A stretch of 64,000 nt of DNA. Origin: Marinobacter sp. Lineage in GTDB: Bacteria; Pseudomonadota; Gammaproteobacteria; Pseudomonadales; Oleiphilaceae. The DNA is taken from positions 39,790 through 103,789 of the forward strand of contig NZ_JACUUB010000003.1 in assembly GCF_014859525.1 (NCBI RefSeq). Direction: 5' to 3'. The position numbers and the translations under genes were made by a program. Shown piece by piece: positions 48,991 to 59,036 of this stretch. Position 1 is the stretch's first letter, and every line of letters begins with the position of its first letter. A model generated the notes under the pieces. That model did no database searches. It was not told the origin of the DNA and worked only from the letters and a program-made list of their open reading frames with translations.

Positions 48991-50475
48991 CTATTCTGAC
49001 AGGTCTGAGGGCGCCGATTTGGTGTTCTCAGGCCGGCTATAGAAATGCGTAATGGTGCCATCGCCGAATTTTGAGAAAAACGCACTGACCTCGGTGATTT
49101 TTCGCAGAGAGCGTTCCCGGCTAACCGGATTTCTGACCAGTACCTTGATGCCGTTAAAATTATCCTGAATGTTCGAAAAACGCGCACGCATGGAGCAGGT
49201 CACCACATTGTGCGGAATCAGTTTAAGTTGATCGGCAAGCCACTGGCTGTGCTCGTCTATCCTTTGTCGATCGAGGTTTTCTCGGGTATCCAGGTGGTCT
49301 AGTTTAATTCGGTTTACGATGCAGAATGAGTAGCTCTGGGGTTGCCGTCTCGCCACTTTTCGGAAGGCTTCCCAAAAGAAGTTGTCCGTCAACTCAGCAA
49401 AAAACTCCATATTACTCAGACAGGTATCGATCCAGTCGAAACTTTCCGGATCTTCCAGAACCTCATTGATGGCCTCTCGCAAAAGCCAATCAAAGCCGAG
49501 AGCCGTTTTGTGGGCATACACTTTCCGGTACATCTGGTATCGGCTGTACACAAAGTCTTCCAATGCGCCCAGCCCCTTTTGAGTAATGGCGAGGCCCATC
49601 CAGGGCTCAGAAACTTCCCAGCCAAAACGCAGGTTGCTCAGAAGGTGGTCCAGGTTGAAGCCGCCGATGGTCACGGAGCTGTGGAAACCGTCTCGAAGCA
49701 TATAATCGGCCCGATCTGCGTCTATCTCACCGGATACGATGGAGGCGAGCAGCCCCATAACCAGGCCGGGCACATCCTGTTCGGCGATGGTGCCTGCAAC
49801 AGCATCATCACCGGCAATAAATTCCCAGAAGGTCCGGGAGTGACGACAAAAGGTTTCGCTGGGTGTTACCCGAGTGGTTTCCATAATGCCGATAACATCA
49901 ACGGCGTTCAGGCCAGCACTGTCCAGATCGACCGATGACAACACTTCGTGGGCAACCCGCACTGAATAGTGCTCGTGTTCGAGTTCATCGGGCTCTTGAG
50001 AATGGTAGTGACCGTAATCAACGCCGGCCCACAGATCCCGAAAACGCCCCGGCCGCGACATCAGTTCCCGAATGCGCCGGGCCTGAGTGAACTGGTGTGA
50101 AAAGCTGGAGTGACCGCTGTCGTGCAGCAGGCAGCTGAGACGAATGGTCTTAGCCAGGTAATCAATAGCGTCGAGCTGACTCAGACTCAGGTCTGTGCGC
50201 TCGCTAAGTTGCCGTTCGCGCAAATACGCATCGATCATGGAGCGGAACATTCTGGTGCCAACGTGCATCACTCCAATGCTGTGAAGGAAGCGAGAGTGTG
50301 TTGCGCCGGGAAACACCAGGCTCAGAATATCGTTCTGGCAGATGTTCCGAAGCCGCTGGAACAGAGGGTGGTCAATCACCTGGATTTCGTGGCGGTAAAG
50401 TGGAATGCCACCGTGCACGGGGTCCATGATGAGCTTGTCATAAGCACCAAGCAGATCGTTGACGGCACGTCTCAT
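48991..50475 (-). CDS. HD-domain phosphohydrolase, SAMHD1/dNTPase-like
   Basis: DPVHG, HP.FQRLR.I.Q, VFPGATHSRF.HSIG, LLHDSGH..FSH, IDADRADY..RD. Confidence 0.85.
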   Translation of the reverse strand: MRRAVNDLLGAYDKLIMDPVHGGIPLYRHEIQVIDHPLFQRLRNICQNDILSLVFPGATHSRFLHSIGVMHVGTRMFRSMIDAYLRERQLSERTDLSLSQLDAIDYLAKTIRLSCLLHDSGHSSFSHQFTQARRIRELMSRPGRFRDLWAGVDYGHYHSQEPDELEHEHYSVRVAHEVLSSVDLDSAGLNAVDVIGIMETTRVTPSETFCRHSRTFWEFIAGDDAVAGTIAEQDVPGLVMGLLASIVSGEIDADRADYMLRDGFHSSVTIGGFNLDHLLSNLRFGWEVSEPWMGLAITQKGLGALEDFVYSRYQMYRKVYAHKTALGFDWLLREAINEVLEDPESFDWIDTCLSNMEFFAELTDNFFWEAFRKVARRQPQSYSFCIVNRIKLDHLDTRENLDRQRIDEHSQWLADQLKLIPHNVVTCSMRARFSNIQDNFNGIKVLVRNPVSRERSLRKITEVSAFFSKFGDGTITHFYSRPENTKSAPSDLSE

Positions 50476-50589
50476 GGTTACAAATCTCCGAATTTGGTGA
50501 TACTGGCCTTGTTATATCACAGCGGCATGCCAGAATAGGCTTTATGAAGCCAATTTCTCTTTTATCGCTGGTAGGTTAAGGCAATCAAC

Positions 50590-51798
50590 ATGACCTCGCG
50601 CACCGAGCGCATACTGATTATCGATGCCAACGAACAGGCTCGTACCGAGTTGTCTCGCTACCTCGAAGCGAGAGGCTTCTATGTGACCGGTTTTCCGGAC
50701 GTGAGCTCCGCTCGCGGTCTGTTTGATGGGAACACCCCAGACGTCATCTTTGCAGATCTCCCTCCCGATGCCATTGGTGAATTATCCAGGCGGTTGGATG
50801 AGACGGAAAACTTTACGCCGATTGTCTTCTGCACCAACAGTGAATCCAGCTTGGAGATTGTACGGGCGCTCAGGGCAGGTGCTGCGGACGTAGTGCTAAA
50901 GCCCTGCAACGATGACAAAGGGGCTTTGGACGACGTTATCGGCAAATTGTTTGACCGGGTCAGGGTCAGCCGTTTGAACCAGTTGTACCGCCAGGAGCTG
51001 GAAGATGCCAACAGGGATCTCAGAGCAGGTATTACTGAACTCAGGGCAGACCAGAACGCCGGCCGTAAGGTGCAGTTGAAAATGCTGCCCGACCATGAGC
51101 TGCATCTGTCCGGGTTGCAGGTGGATCATCTGATCAAACCGTCTCTGTACCTCAGTGGTGATTTTCTCGATTACTTCCGCATTACGGAAGACAAAGTACT
51201 GGTCTATATCGCCGATGTGTCCGGGCATGGGGCGAGTTCAGCGTTTGTGACGGTGTTGCTGAAAAACCTGACTAATCGTCTGCAGCGAAACATGCGGCGG
51301 CAGTCCAGCGATGACATTTTGCACCCGGAGCGGTTTCTGGAGCGGATCAATTCTGAGCTACTGGATACCGGTCTGGGCAAACACGTCACGGTGTTTGTTG
51401 GCATTTTTTCGATTTCAACACGCGTGCTCAGTTACGCCGTTGGGGCGCATTTTCCGATGCCTATCCTGTCGTTTGAGGGCGGAGAAACACGATTTTTGGA
51501 GGGCAGCGGGCTGCCCGTGGGGCTTTTTGAGACCCCTGAATGGGAGGTTTACCAGGTTCCACTGGACCGGCCCTTCCGGCTTTTGCTGTTCTCTGACGGC
51601 ATATTGGAAGTGATTCCGGCCAAATCTCTGGACGAAAAGGAGAAGACACTACTTGAACTCGTTTCAGGAGGTAGTCACACTATCGCATCGCTGAGTGACG
51701 CCTTGGGTCTTGGTAAGATCTCGGAGCTCCCGGACGATATCGCGATAGTATCGGTAACTGATACCATTATTGGTACAGACAACACGTCGTCGACGTAG
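50590..51798 (+). CDS. rssB: Response regulator with PP2C/SpoIIE phosphatase domain (RssB-like)
   Basis: REC domain, then LSGDFLDY, IADVSGHGASSA, LFSDGILE, DDIA. Confidence 0.82.
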   Translation: MTSRTERILIIDANEQARTELSRYLEARGFYVTGFPDVSSARGLFDGNTPDVIFADLPPDAIGELSRRLDETENFTPIVFCTNSESSLEIVRALRAGAADVVLKPCNDDKGALDDVIGKLFDRVRVSRLNQLYRQELEDANRDLRAGITELRADQNAGRKVQLKMLPDHELHLSGLQVDHLIKPSLYLSGDFLDYFRITEDKVLVYIADVSGHGASSAFVTVLLKNLTNRLQRNMRRQSSDDILHPERFLERINSELLDTGLGKHVTVFVGIFSISTRVLSYAVGAHFPMPILSFEGGETRFLEGSGLPVGLFETPEWEVYQVPLDRPFRLLLFSDGILEVIPAKSLDEKEKTLLELVSGGSHTIASLSDALGLGKISELPDDIAIVSVTDTIIGTDNTSST

Positions 51799-51811
51799 TG
51801 GCAGTGTGAAA

Positions 51812-52303
51812 ATGGCTGGTTATAAAATCCTGCAAGCTGATCAGCAGGGAATCTATGTCCTGAAGTTTATTGGAGAGATCCGGCTGAACTTATGTTCGAC
51901 GCTGGACAATCTGGTTGAGTCCATTACCCAGGACCCTCAGTTCAAAACTGTGGTTATTGACCTGACAGAGACTGAAATCATCGATAGCACGACTCTGGGG
52001 CTGTTGGCCAAGATTGCCCTGGCGGCAGAGAAGCAGGCTCGGTTCCTGCCCACTCTGATTTCCACCAATCCTGATGTGACCCGCATTATTACATCTATGG
52101 GCTTCGACAAAATCTTTATCATTGTCCGGGAGCCCGCTTCCCGAATTGAAGAACTCGAAGAAATTCCTGTTTTGAAAGCCAGCGAGCAGCAGGTCAGAGA
52201 CAAAGTGCTGGATGCTCATAAAGTATTAATGGGCATGAACAGCAGAAACAGGGAAGAATTCAAGAATCTGGTGCGAGCTCTGGAGTGCGAAGAACCGAGC
52301 TGA
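51812..52303 (+). CDS. rssC: STAS-domain anti-sigma antagonist (RssC-like)
   Basis: DLTETE.IDSTTLGLLA, MGFD.IF, VL.AHK.LM.M...NR.EF..LV; start ATG 51812. Confidence 0.8.
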   Translation: MAGYKILQADQQGIYVLKFIGEIRLNLCSTLDNLVESITQDPQFKTVVIDLTETEIIDSTTLGLLAKIALAAEKQARFLPTLISTNPDVTRIITSMGFDKIFIIVREPASRIEELEEIPVLKASEQQVRDKVLDAHKVLMGMNSRNREEFKNLVRALECEEPS

Positions 52304-52350
52304 CATGCCAGAGTCCTCGCCCCGGGTGATGACCCAAGCAACAAAACGGA

Positions 52351-53418
52351 ATGGATATGCCTGATAACGCAGCGCCCTTCAACGAAAGGGCGAATTCTAG
52401 GGATGTGGCCGTTCTTGGTGGCGGCAGCTTTGGGACCGCCATGGCTAAAGTGCTGGGCGAAAATGGTCACACCGTTCACTTCTGGATGCGCGACCAGGAA
52501 CAGGCGGAACAGATTCGGCAGAACCGTGTTAATGAACGGTATATGCCCGGCATCATCCTGGAAGGCGATATTCAGCCGACCACAGATCTTGCGGAGGCCA
52601 TCCACAAAGCCGAAGTGGTGTTGGTCGCCATTCCCTCCAAGGCTTTTCGTGCCGTCATTCGTGATAACAGTCAGATCTTCCGCGACGGGCAGATTGTTGT
52701 CAGCCTGACCAAGGGCATAGAGGAATGCGGTTTCAAGCTGATGAGCGAAATTCTGCAGGAAGAAATTCCCAGATGTCGCTCCGGCGTGCTTAGTGGTCCC
52801 AACCTGGCGGGTGAAATCGTTAACCGGGAACTTACGGCGACCGTAATTGCCGCCAAAGACCCCGAAGTGCGAAGAGCCATTCAGGAGTTGCTCGGCTGTG
52901 AATATTTTCGGGTATACGCAAATGTTGACGTATATGGCGTTGAGCTTGCCGGCGCACTCAAAAATATTTATGCCATCGTTGCGGGACTGGCCTCCGCACT
53001 GGATATGGGCGAGAACGCGAAGGCCATGTTGATTACTCGAGGTCTAGCGGAAATGAGCCGCTTTGCCGTAAGCCTTGGTGCCAATCCGATGACGTTTATG
53101 GGGCTGGCCGGGGTGGGCGATCTGATCGCAACCTGTACGTCTAGCAAAAGCCGGAACTTCCGCGTGGGTTACGCCGTTGGCAAGGGCAAGAAACTGGACG
53201 AGGCCGCCAAAGAACTTGGCCAGGTTGCGGAGGGCATCTACACGTTGAAACTCGTTCGAGAAAAGTCTGAGTCCATCGGCATCTACATGCCGTTGGTTCG
53301 TGGTTTGTATGAAATACTCTACAACGATGCCTCGATCAGCGCGGTCATTAACAGCTTGATGATGGCCGTTCAGAACTCAGATGTAGAATTTATTCTGCCA
53401 CGGACCATCGTTCAGTAG
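52351..53418 (+). CDS. gpsA: NAD(P)H-dependent glycerol-3-phosphate dehydrogenase
   Basis: GGGSFGTA, SLTKGIE, SGPNLA, ELAGALKN, GVGDL.ATC.S..SRN. Confidence 0.96.
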   Translation: MDMPDNAAPFNERANSRDVAVLGGGSFGTAMAKVLGENGHTVHFWMRDQEQAEQIRQNRVNERYMPGIILEGDIQPTTDLAEAIHKAEVVLVAIPSKAFRAVIRDNSQIFRDGQIVVSLTKGIEECGFKLMSEILQEEIPRCRSGVLSGPNLAGEIVNRELTATVIAAKDPEVRRAIQELLGCEYFRVYANVDVYGVELAGALKNIYAIVAGLASALDMGENAKAMLITRGLAEMSRFAVSLGANPMTFMGLAGVGDLIATCTSSKSRNFRVGYAVGKGKKLDEAAKELGQVAEGIYTLKLVREKSESIGIYMPLVRGLYEILYNDASISAVINSLMMAVQNSDVEFILPRTIVQ

Positions 53419-53449
53419 GTCCGGCCGAATCAAACAGGGGGCGAGCACT

Positions 53450-53899
53450 GTGCATCTGATCATCATGCGCCACGGCGAAGCCGGCTGGCATACCCTCGAT
53501 CAGGATCGGGAGTTGACAGAAGCTGGCCGTGTCGGCGTTGCATCGGTAGCCGCCCAGATCGCCAAATCGCCCTGGCGCCCTGAGCGAATCTGGTCGAGCC
53601 CTTACACCCGTGCTCGCCAGACCGCGGCGATTGTGTCTGAGGTGCTTAATTGTCCGATCGAGCACTGTGACTTTATTACCCCTGATGACGATCCTGGCCG
53701 TTGCCTCGATGCACTTCTTGAGTCGCAGTTGTCGCCACTGATGATGGTTTCTCATATGCCTTTGGTGGGTAGCCTGTCGACCCTTCTGGTTGATAGTCAC
53801 CGCAGAGGTATACCGTTTATGACCTCGCAAGCGGTTCTGCTGGACATGCCGGTGGTGGGCCCCGGATGCGCCGACTTGAAAGCGCAGTTTTTACCCTGA
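53450..53899 (+). CDS. sixA: Phosphohistidine phosphatase SixA
   Basis: IMRHGEA, R.LT..G, SSPY.RARQTA, VSHMP. Confidence 0.9.
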   Translation: MHLIIMRHGEAGWHTLDQDRELTEAGRVGVASVAAQIAKSPWRPERIWSSPYTRARQTAAIVSEVLNCPIEHCDFITPDDDPGRCLDALLESQLSPLMMVSHMPLVGSLSTLLVDSHRRGIPFMTSQAVLLDMPVVGPGCADLKAQFLP

Positions 53900-53941
53900 T
53901 CTATTGTTTATACCACCCATTGATATGGCTTAACTGACGCT

Positions 53942-54838
53942 ATGCACAGCTTCCCGATTGACTACGTTGAACCGGTTTTTCGCCCGCCGAGTGAGGCAAA
54001 ATCACTGATCCTGCCGGTCACCAACGGCTGTTCCTGGAATAATTGCACCTTTTGCGAGATGTACACTCAGCCCCAGAAAAAATTCCGGGCCCGAAAGCCT
54101 GACGATGTTCGCCGCGATATCGCTCGTGCTGCGGAAGCGTTTGAAAGTGTTCCCAGAGTATTTCTTGCAGATGGCGACGCCATGGTGCTGCCGACCCGGC
54201 GGTTGCTTGAAATTCTGGCTGAGCTGAAGCAGGCATTCCCGGACCTGCGCCGCGTGTCCAGTTATTGCTTGCCCCGCAATCTGGCGAAAAAAACGGTTGA
54301 AGAGCTGGCGGAGTTGCGAGATGCCGGTCTTGGCATCTTGTATGTTGGTATGGAGTCGGGAGATGACGAAGTCTTGCGCCGTATCAACAAAGGCGAAACC
54401 TGGGAATCTACCCGTTCTGCGCTAACCAAGATCCGGCAAGCTGGCCTGACCAGTTCGGTGATGGTGCTCAATGGGCTGGGCGGAGAGACCCTTTCTCGCC
54501 AACACGCGATTAGCACCGCCACGTTGTGCAACGAAACCCAGCCTGACTATCTGTCTACGCTGGTCGTGAGTTTCCCTCAAGGCGAAGAGCGTTTTCGTGC
54601 TGGCTTTGGCGAGGATTTTGTACCCCTCACTCAACAGGGTTTGTTTGAGGAGATTCGGCTTTTTCTGGAGCACCTTGAGTTAGAACAGACGATCTTCCGA
54701 AGCGATCATGCCTCAAATTACCTGGTCCTCAAGGGAACTCTCGGTCGCGACAAGTCGCGTTTGCTTGAACAGGTTAATCTTGCCATCGACAAGCCCGGTG
54801 CCGTGCCTTTGCGGGCTGAGTGGATGCGCGGCCTTTAA
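53942..54838 (+). CDS. Radical SAM protein, function unknown
   Basis: RPPSEA.S.IL.VT.GCSWNNCTFC (CxxxCxxC), FLADGD, ESGDD, FRSDHASNYL. Confidence 0.9.
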   Translation: MHSFPIDYVEPVFRPPSEAKSLILPVTNGCSWNNCTFCEMYTQPQKKFRARKPDDVRRDIARAAEAFESVPRVFLADGDAMVLPTRRLLEILAELKQAFPDLRRVSSYCLPRNLAKKTVEELAELRDAGLGILYVGMESGDDEVLRRINKGETWESTRSALTKIRQAGLTSSVMVLNGLGGETLSRQHAISTATLCNETQPDYLSTLVVSFPQGEERFRAGFGEDFVPLTQQGLFEEIRLFLEHLELEQTIFRSDHASNYLVLKGTLGRDKSRLLEQVNLAIDKPGAVPLRAEWMRGL

Positions 54839-54855
54839 TAAGGGAGCAGACGTTT

Positions 54856-55410
54856 GTGAGTAGAAAACCTGACGACATCGCTAAAACCGTTCAACAAGTC
54901 CATGCCTCAAGAGGTCTGCCGCCGCTGGAGACCTGGCACCCGGAATTGTCAGGAGACATGGATCTGATCATCACCCGCAATGGAGAGTGGCTGTACCAGG
55001 GTGCGCCGATTGCCAGAGAAGCAACCGTAAAACTTTTCGCCACCATTCTGCGCCGTGAAGACGACGGTGAATACTATCTGCTGACACCCGTGGAGAAATG
55101 GCGGATCAAGGTAGAAGATACGCCGTTGTTGGCGCATTCTTTAGTGCGCAATGGTGAGGGAACGGAGCGTGTGTTGTCGATTACCACCAACGTGGGAGAG
55201 ACGTTGGAGATTGGTCCCGAGCACCCCTTGGTGGTGGGCCAGTACTCGAATACCGACGAGCCCAGACCCATTGTGTCAGTTCGCCATGGTGTTGAAGCGC
55301 GCCTGGTGACATCAGCGTTTTACGACCTCGTTGATCTGGCTGAAGAACGCGACGGCCAGTTGGGCGTGCTTAGTCACGGAAAATTCTGGAAAATCGGGCA
55401 GGGCGGTTGA
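54856..55410 (+). CDS. DUF1285 family protein
   Basis: WHP...GDMDL.I.RNG.WLY.G.PI, Y.L.TPVEK.RI.VED.P; GTG start 54856. Confidence 0.85.
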   Translation: MSRKPDDIAKTVQQVHASRGLPPLETWHPELSGDMDLIITRNGEWLYQGAPIAREATVKLFATILRREDDGEYYLLTPVEKWRIKVEDTPLLAHSLVRNGEGTERVLSITTNVGETLEIGPEHPLVVGQYSNTDEPRPIVSVRHGVEARLVTSAFYDLVDLAEERDGQLGVLSHGKFWKIGQGG

Positions 55411-55611
55411 AAACTCTCGATCCGTCTCAATAAACAAGGTAGAAAACACAGTCTGTCACTTGTTAAACTGTGTTTTCCGACTTGTTACCGAGCCTGGCTC
55501 TCTAACGAGGCCCGGTGGTCGTTAGTTCCTCTGTGCAGTCTGGCTGTTCACGATCACTTTCGATTGCCTACATTCTAAATACACAGTCATTGCGACACGC
55601 AAGGAGATCAC

Positions 55612-56073
55612 ATGGCCCAACCTCGTGTTGTCACCATCCATTACACGCTCACTAACGACCAGGGAGAGCAACTCGATTCCTCCCGTGTAGAAGGCCGCGA
55701 GCCTCTGGCGTATCTGGAAGGTGCTCAGAACATCATCGGCGGACTGGAAAGTGCGCTGAACGAAAAGAACGCGGGCGATCAGGTTAAGGTATCTGTTGCT
55801 CCTGCTGAAGGTTACGGCGAAGTGAACGAAGAGCTGATCCAGCCAGTTCCACGCTCGGCCTTTGAAGGCGTAGACACCATTGAGCCGGGCATGCAGTTTC
55901 AGGCCCAGACTCCGGGCGGCCCTCAGGTCGTTCGTGTGGTTGAAGTCAGTGACGAGACGGTCACCATTGATGCCAACCACCCTCTGGCAGGTGAGACTCT
56001 GCACTTCGATGTTGAAGTAGTGGAAGCGCGCGAAGCAACCGACGAAGAGCAAGAGCACGGTCACGTGCACTGA
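55612..56073 (+). CDS. slyD: FKBP-type peptidyl-prolyl isomerase SlyD (short His tail)
   Basis: VTIHYTL, YLEG..NII.GLE.AL, P.EGYG, IDANHPLAGETLHFDVEV, EHGHVH; AAGGAG ribosome-binding site. Confidence 0.93.
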   Translation: MAQPRVVTIHYTLTNDQGEQLDSSRVEGREPLAYLEGAQNIIGGLESALNEKNAGDQVKVSVAPAEGYGEVNEELIQPVPRSAFEGVDTIEPGMQFQAQTPGGPQVVRVVEVSDETVTIDANHPLAGETLHFDVEVVEAREATDEEQEHGHVH

Positions 56074-56093
56074 TCTCTTCCGAAAGGTTGATC

Positions 56094-56123
56094 AAAAGCG
56101 GCTCCTGCGGGAGCCGTTTTTTT
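56094..56123 (+). terminator. Intrinsic terminator of slyD
   Basis: GCGGCTCC-tgcg-GGAGCCGT plus T7. Confidence 0.85.
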
Positions 56124-56152
56124 GTCTTGCGAAACGCTATTGTGGCAGAGAC

Positions 56153-56187
56153 AAAAAAGGGGACAGATCTAAATCTGGCCCCTTTTT
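56153..56187 (-). terminator. Intrinsic terminator of ETF-QO
   Basis: AAAAAAGGGG.CAGAT-ctaa-ATCTG.CCCCTTTTT. Confidence 0.75.
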
Positions 56188-56202
56188 CTATCGCAACACG
56201 AA

Positions 56203-57855
56203 TTACATGTTCGGGTAATTCGGGCCGCCGCCACCTTCCGGCGTGACCCAGGTGATGTTCTGCGAAGGGTCCTTGATGTCACAAGTCTTGCAGTGCACAC
56301 AGTTCTGGGCGTTGATCTGGAACTTCTGACCACTGCCGTCGTCTGCGTCAATCACCTCGTACACGCCAGCCGGGCAGTAGCGCTGGGCAGGCTCATTGTA
56401 CTTGGGCAGGTTTTCCTTCAGCGGGATATCGGCATCTTTCAGCTGAAGATGAACCGGCTGATCTTCCTCGTGGTTGGTGTTGGAGATAAACACCGAGGAC
56501 AGGCGATCAAACGTCAGCTTGTTATCCGGTTTCGGATAATTGATCTTCTTGCACTCCGACGCCGGCTTCATGGTGGCGTAGTCAGGTGTGGTGTCGTGGA
56601 AGGTAAAGGGCAGGCTGCCGCGCAAAATGTTCTGCTCGAAGAACGCGATGGCACCACCTACGATGTTGCCGAACTTGTGCATAGCGGGGCCAAAGTTGCG
56701 CTCGGCGTAGAGCTCTTTGTACAGCCAGCTGTCTTCAAAACGCTTGGCGAAGCTGGTGATTTCTTCACCGGTCTTGCCGTCTTTCAGGGCTTCAAAGACC
56801 GCTTCGGCGCCCAGCAGGCCAGACTTCATGGCCGTGTGGGAGCCTTTGATCTTGGAGCTGTTCAGTGTGCCTGCATCACAACCCAGCAGCAGGCCGCCCG
56901 GGAAGCTCATCTTCGGCAATGTGTTGTAGCCACCTTTGGTGATGGCGCGGGCGCCGTAGGCAACGCGCTTGCCGCCTTCCAGATATTTTTTCACTTCCGG
57001 ATGGTGCTTGAGCCGCTGGAATTCTTCGAACGGGCTCAGATGCGGATTGCTGTAAGACAGATCCGTGATCAGACCTACATACACCTGACCACCTTCCAGG
57101 TGATACAGGAAGGAGCCGCCGGTGGAGCCGGATTCGCTCAGCGGCCAGCCGGTGGTGTGCACTACCAGGCCTGGCTCGTGTTTGGCTGGGTCAATGTCCC
57201 ACAGCTCTTTGATGCCGATGCCGTAGTGCTGCGGATCCTTGCCTTCATCCAGTTTGAAATCGTTGATCAGGCGCTTGCCCAGGTGACCACGACAACCTTC
57301 GGTGAACAAGGTGTACTTGGCGCGCAGTTCCATGCCCGGCATGTAGCCGTCTTTTTGGGAGCCGTCTCGGGCCACACCCATGTCGCCGGTGATGATGCCC
57401 TTGACCTGGCCATCTTCAATGATGGTTTCCGAAGCTGCAAAGCCCGGGTAGACCTCAACACCCAGGCCTTCAGCCTGCTCAGCCAGCCAGCGGCAAAGGT
57501 TGCCAAGGCTGATGATGTAGTTGCCGTGATTGTGCATGTTCTTCGGCACAAAGGCGTTGGGGATCTTGGTGGATTTTTCCTGGTCTTTCAGCAGGAAGAT
57601 GTCATCCCGGGTTACGGGCGTATTCAGCGGTGCGCCTTTCTCTTTCCAGTCCGGGAAAAGTTCGTTCAGGGCTGTGGGCTCGAACACTGTGCCGGCAAGG
57701 ATGTGCGCGCCAACTTCTGAGCCTTTCTCAACGACACATACGGTCAGTTCTTCGCCAGCTTCCTGCGCCAGTTGCATGACGCGGCAGGCAGCCGACAGGC
57801 CAGCAGGGCCGCCGCCGACGATCAGAACATCAAATTCCATCGATTCGCGTTCCAC
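56203..57855 (-). CDS. Electron transfer flavoprotein-ubiquinone oxidoreductase
   Basis: VGGGPAGL, EKGSEVGAHI, CPAGVYE, NCVHCKTCDIKDP, GGGPNYPNM. Confidence 0.97.
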   Translation of the reverse strand: MERESMEFDVLIVGGGPAGLSAACRVMQLAQEAGEELTVCVVEKGSEVGAHILAGTVFEPTALNELFPDWKEKGAPLNTPVTRDDIFLLKDQEKSTKIPNAFVPKNMHNHGNYIISLGNLCRWLAEQAEGLGVEVYPGFAASETIIEDGQVKGIITGDMGVARDGSQKDGYMPGMELRAKYTLFTEGCRGHLGKRLINDFKLDEGKDPQHYGIGIKELWDIDPAKHEPGLVVHTTGWPLSESGSTGGSFLYHLEGGQVYVGLITDLSYSNPHLSPFEEFQRLKHHPEVKKYLEGGKRVAYGARAITKGGYNTLPKMSFPGGLLLGCDAGTLNSSKIKGSHTAMKSGLLGAEAVFEALKDGKTGEEITSFAKRFEDSWLYKELYAERNFGPAMHKFGNIVGGAIAFFEQNILRGSLPFTFHDTTPDYATMKPASECKKINYPKPDNKLTFDRLSSVFISNTNHEEDQPVHLQLKDADIPLKENLPKYNEPAQRYCPAGVYEVIDADDGSGQKFQINAQNCVHCKTCDIKDPSQNITWVTPEGGGGPNYPNM

Positions 57856-58019
57856 GTTGGTCTCCTCAAACAGCTTCTTTATAGTGGATGTTGTTTGCCC
57901 GCAGGCCTATCTGTGTAACTCATCAGGGGCGCCATCATACCGGTAAAAATGCCTATAGACGACAGCCTCGAGCCCTGTGAAAGGGCCATTTCTTCTCAAA
58001 GGATAACGCATTTGAGAAA

Positions 58020-58039
58020 TCAAACAAACGTTTGTTTGA
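58020..58039. promoter_or_regulatory. PsrA-type operator
   Basis: Perfect 20-bp palindrome TCAAACAAACGTTTGTTTGA between divergent ETF-QO and etfBA. Confidence 0.75.
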
Positions 58040-58286
58040 AATTTGCGTCCACCTTTGGCATTGTAGCTGTACACCGAAATTTCGTGTGTTTTGAGTCGGT
58101 TTTTAGTATCGTCTCATTGCGAGGTCGGGTCAACCCGGCCTATTGGCTGTGAATGTGGTTCTGGTGCGTCGAACAGGGCAATTGACCTCAATGGCCTTAG
58201 TCTGCAGTATAGTTTCGCTTTATATAGCAGGCACTCCGCTCAGGATTGCGAGTCATTAAACCCATTTGTAGAAGAACGAGGAATCT

Positions 58287-59036
58287 ATGAAGGTTCTGGT
58301 CGCTGTAAAACGAGTTATCGACTACAACGTAAAGGTGCGCGTTAAGCCGGACAACACCGGTGTAGACCTCGCCAACGTCAAGATGGCAATGAACCCGTTC
58401 TGCGAAATCGCTGTTGAAGAAGCGGTTCGTCTGAAAGAGAAGGGTGTTGCCAGTGAAATCGTTGTTGTATCCATTGGCCCAAAAGCCTGCCAGGAGCAAA
58501 TTCGTACTGCTTTGGCCCTGGGTGCTGACCGTGGTATTCACATCGAGACTGACGAAGAAGTTCAGTCCCTCGAAGCGGCCAAGCTGCTTAAGGCTGTTGT
58601 AGAGAAAGAAGAGCCAAAGCTGGTCATTCTTGGCAAACAGTCCATCGATTCCGACAACAACCAGACTGGCCAGATGCTGGCTGCACTGACCGGTATGGGC
58701 CAGGGCACGTTTGCCTCTGAAGTGGTTGTTGATGGCGAAAAGGTTAATGTAACCCGCGAAGTAGACGGCGGTCTGATGACTGTTGCACTGAATTTGCCCG
58801 CGGTTGTAACCACAGACCTGCGCCTGAACGAGCCGCGTTATGCTTCTCTGCCGAACATCATGAAGGCCAAGAAGAAGCCACTGGACGCCATGAGCCCCGC
58901 CGACCTGGGTGTTGAAATCACCCCACGCCTGTCCACCCTGAAAGTAGAAGCCCCGGCTTCGCGCCAGGCTGGTATTAAGGTGGCTGACGTTGCTGAGCTG
59001 GTGGATAAACTGAAGAACGAAGCGAAGGTGATCTAA
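58287..59036 (+). CDS. etfB: Electron transfer flavoprotein beta subunit
   Basis: [60 protein letters not shown]. Confidence 0.98.
   Translation: MKVLVAVKRVIDYNVKVRVKPDNTGVDLANVKMAMNPFCEIAVEEAVRLKEKGVASEIVVVSIGPKACQEQIRTALALGADRGIHIETDEEVQSLEAAKLLKAVVEKEEPKLVILGKQSIDSDNNQTGQMLAALTGMGQGTFASEVVVDGEKVNVTREVDGGLMTVALNLPAVVTTDLRLNEPRYASLPNIMKAKKKPLDAMSPADLGVEITPRLSTLKVEAPASRQAGIKVADVAELVDKLKNEAKVI

Noticed and set aside
55522-56070. 182-aa minus-strand ORF
   Set aside because: Antisense shadow of slyD
56293-57720. Long antisense ORFs (475 aa here; also 2365-3351, 25945-26952, 44921-45796, 58197-59294)
   Set aside because: They mirror well-supported genes on the other strand and show no motifs; typical shadows of GC-biased codon usage
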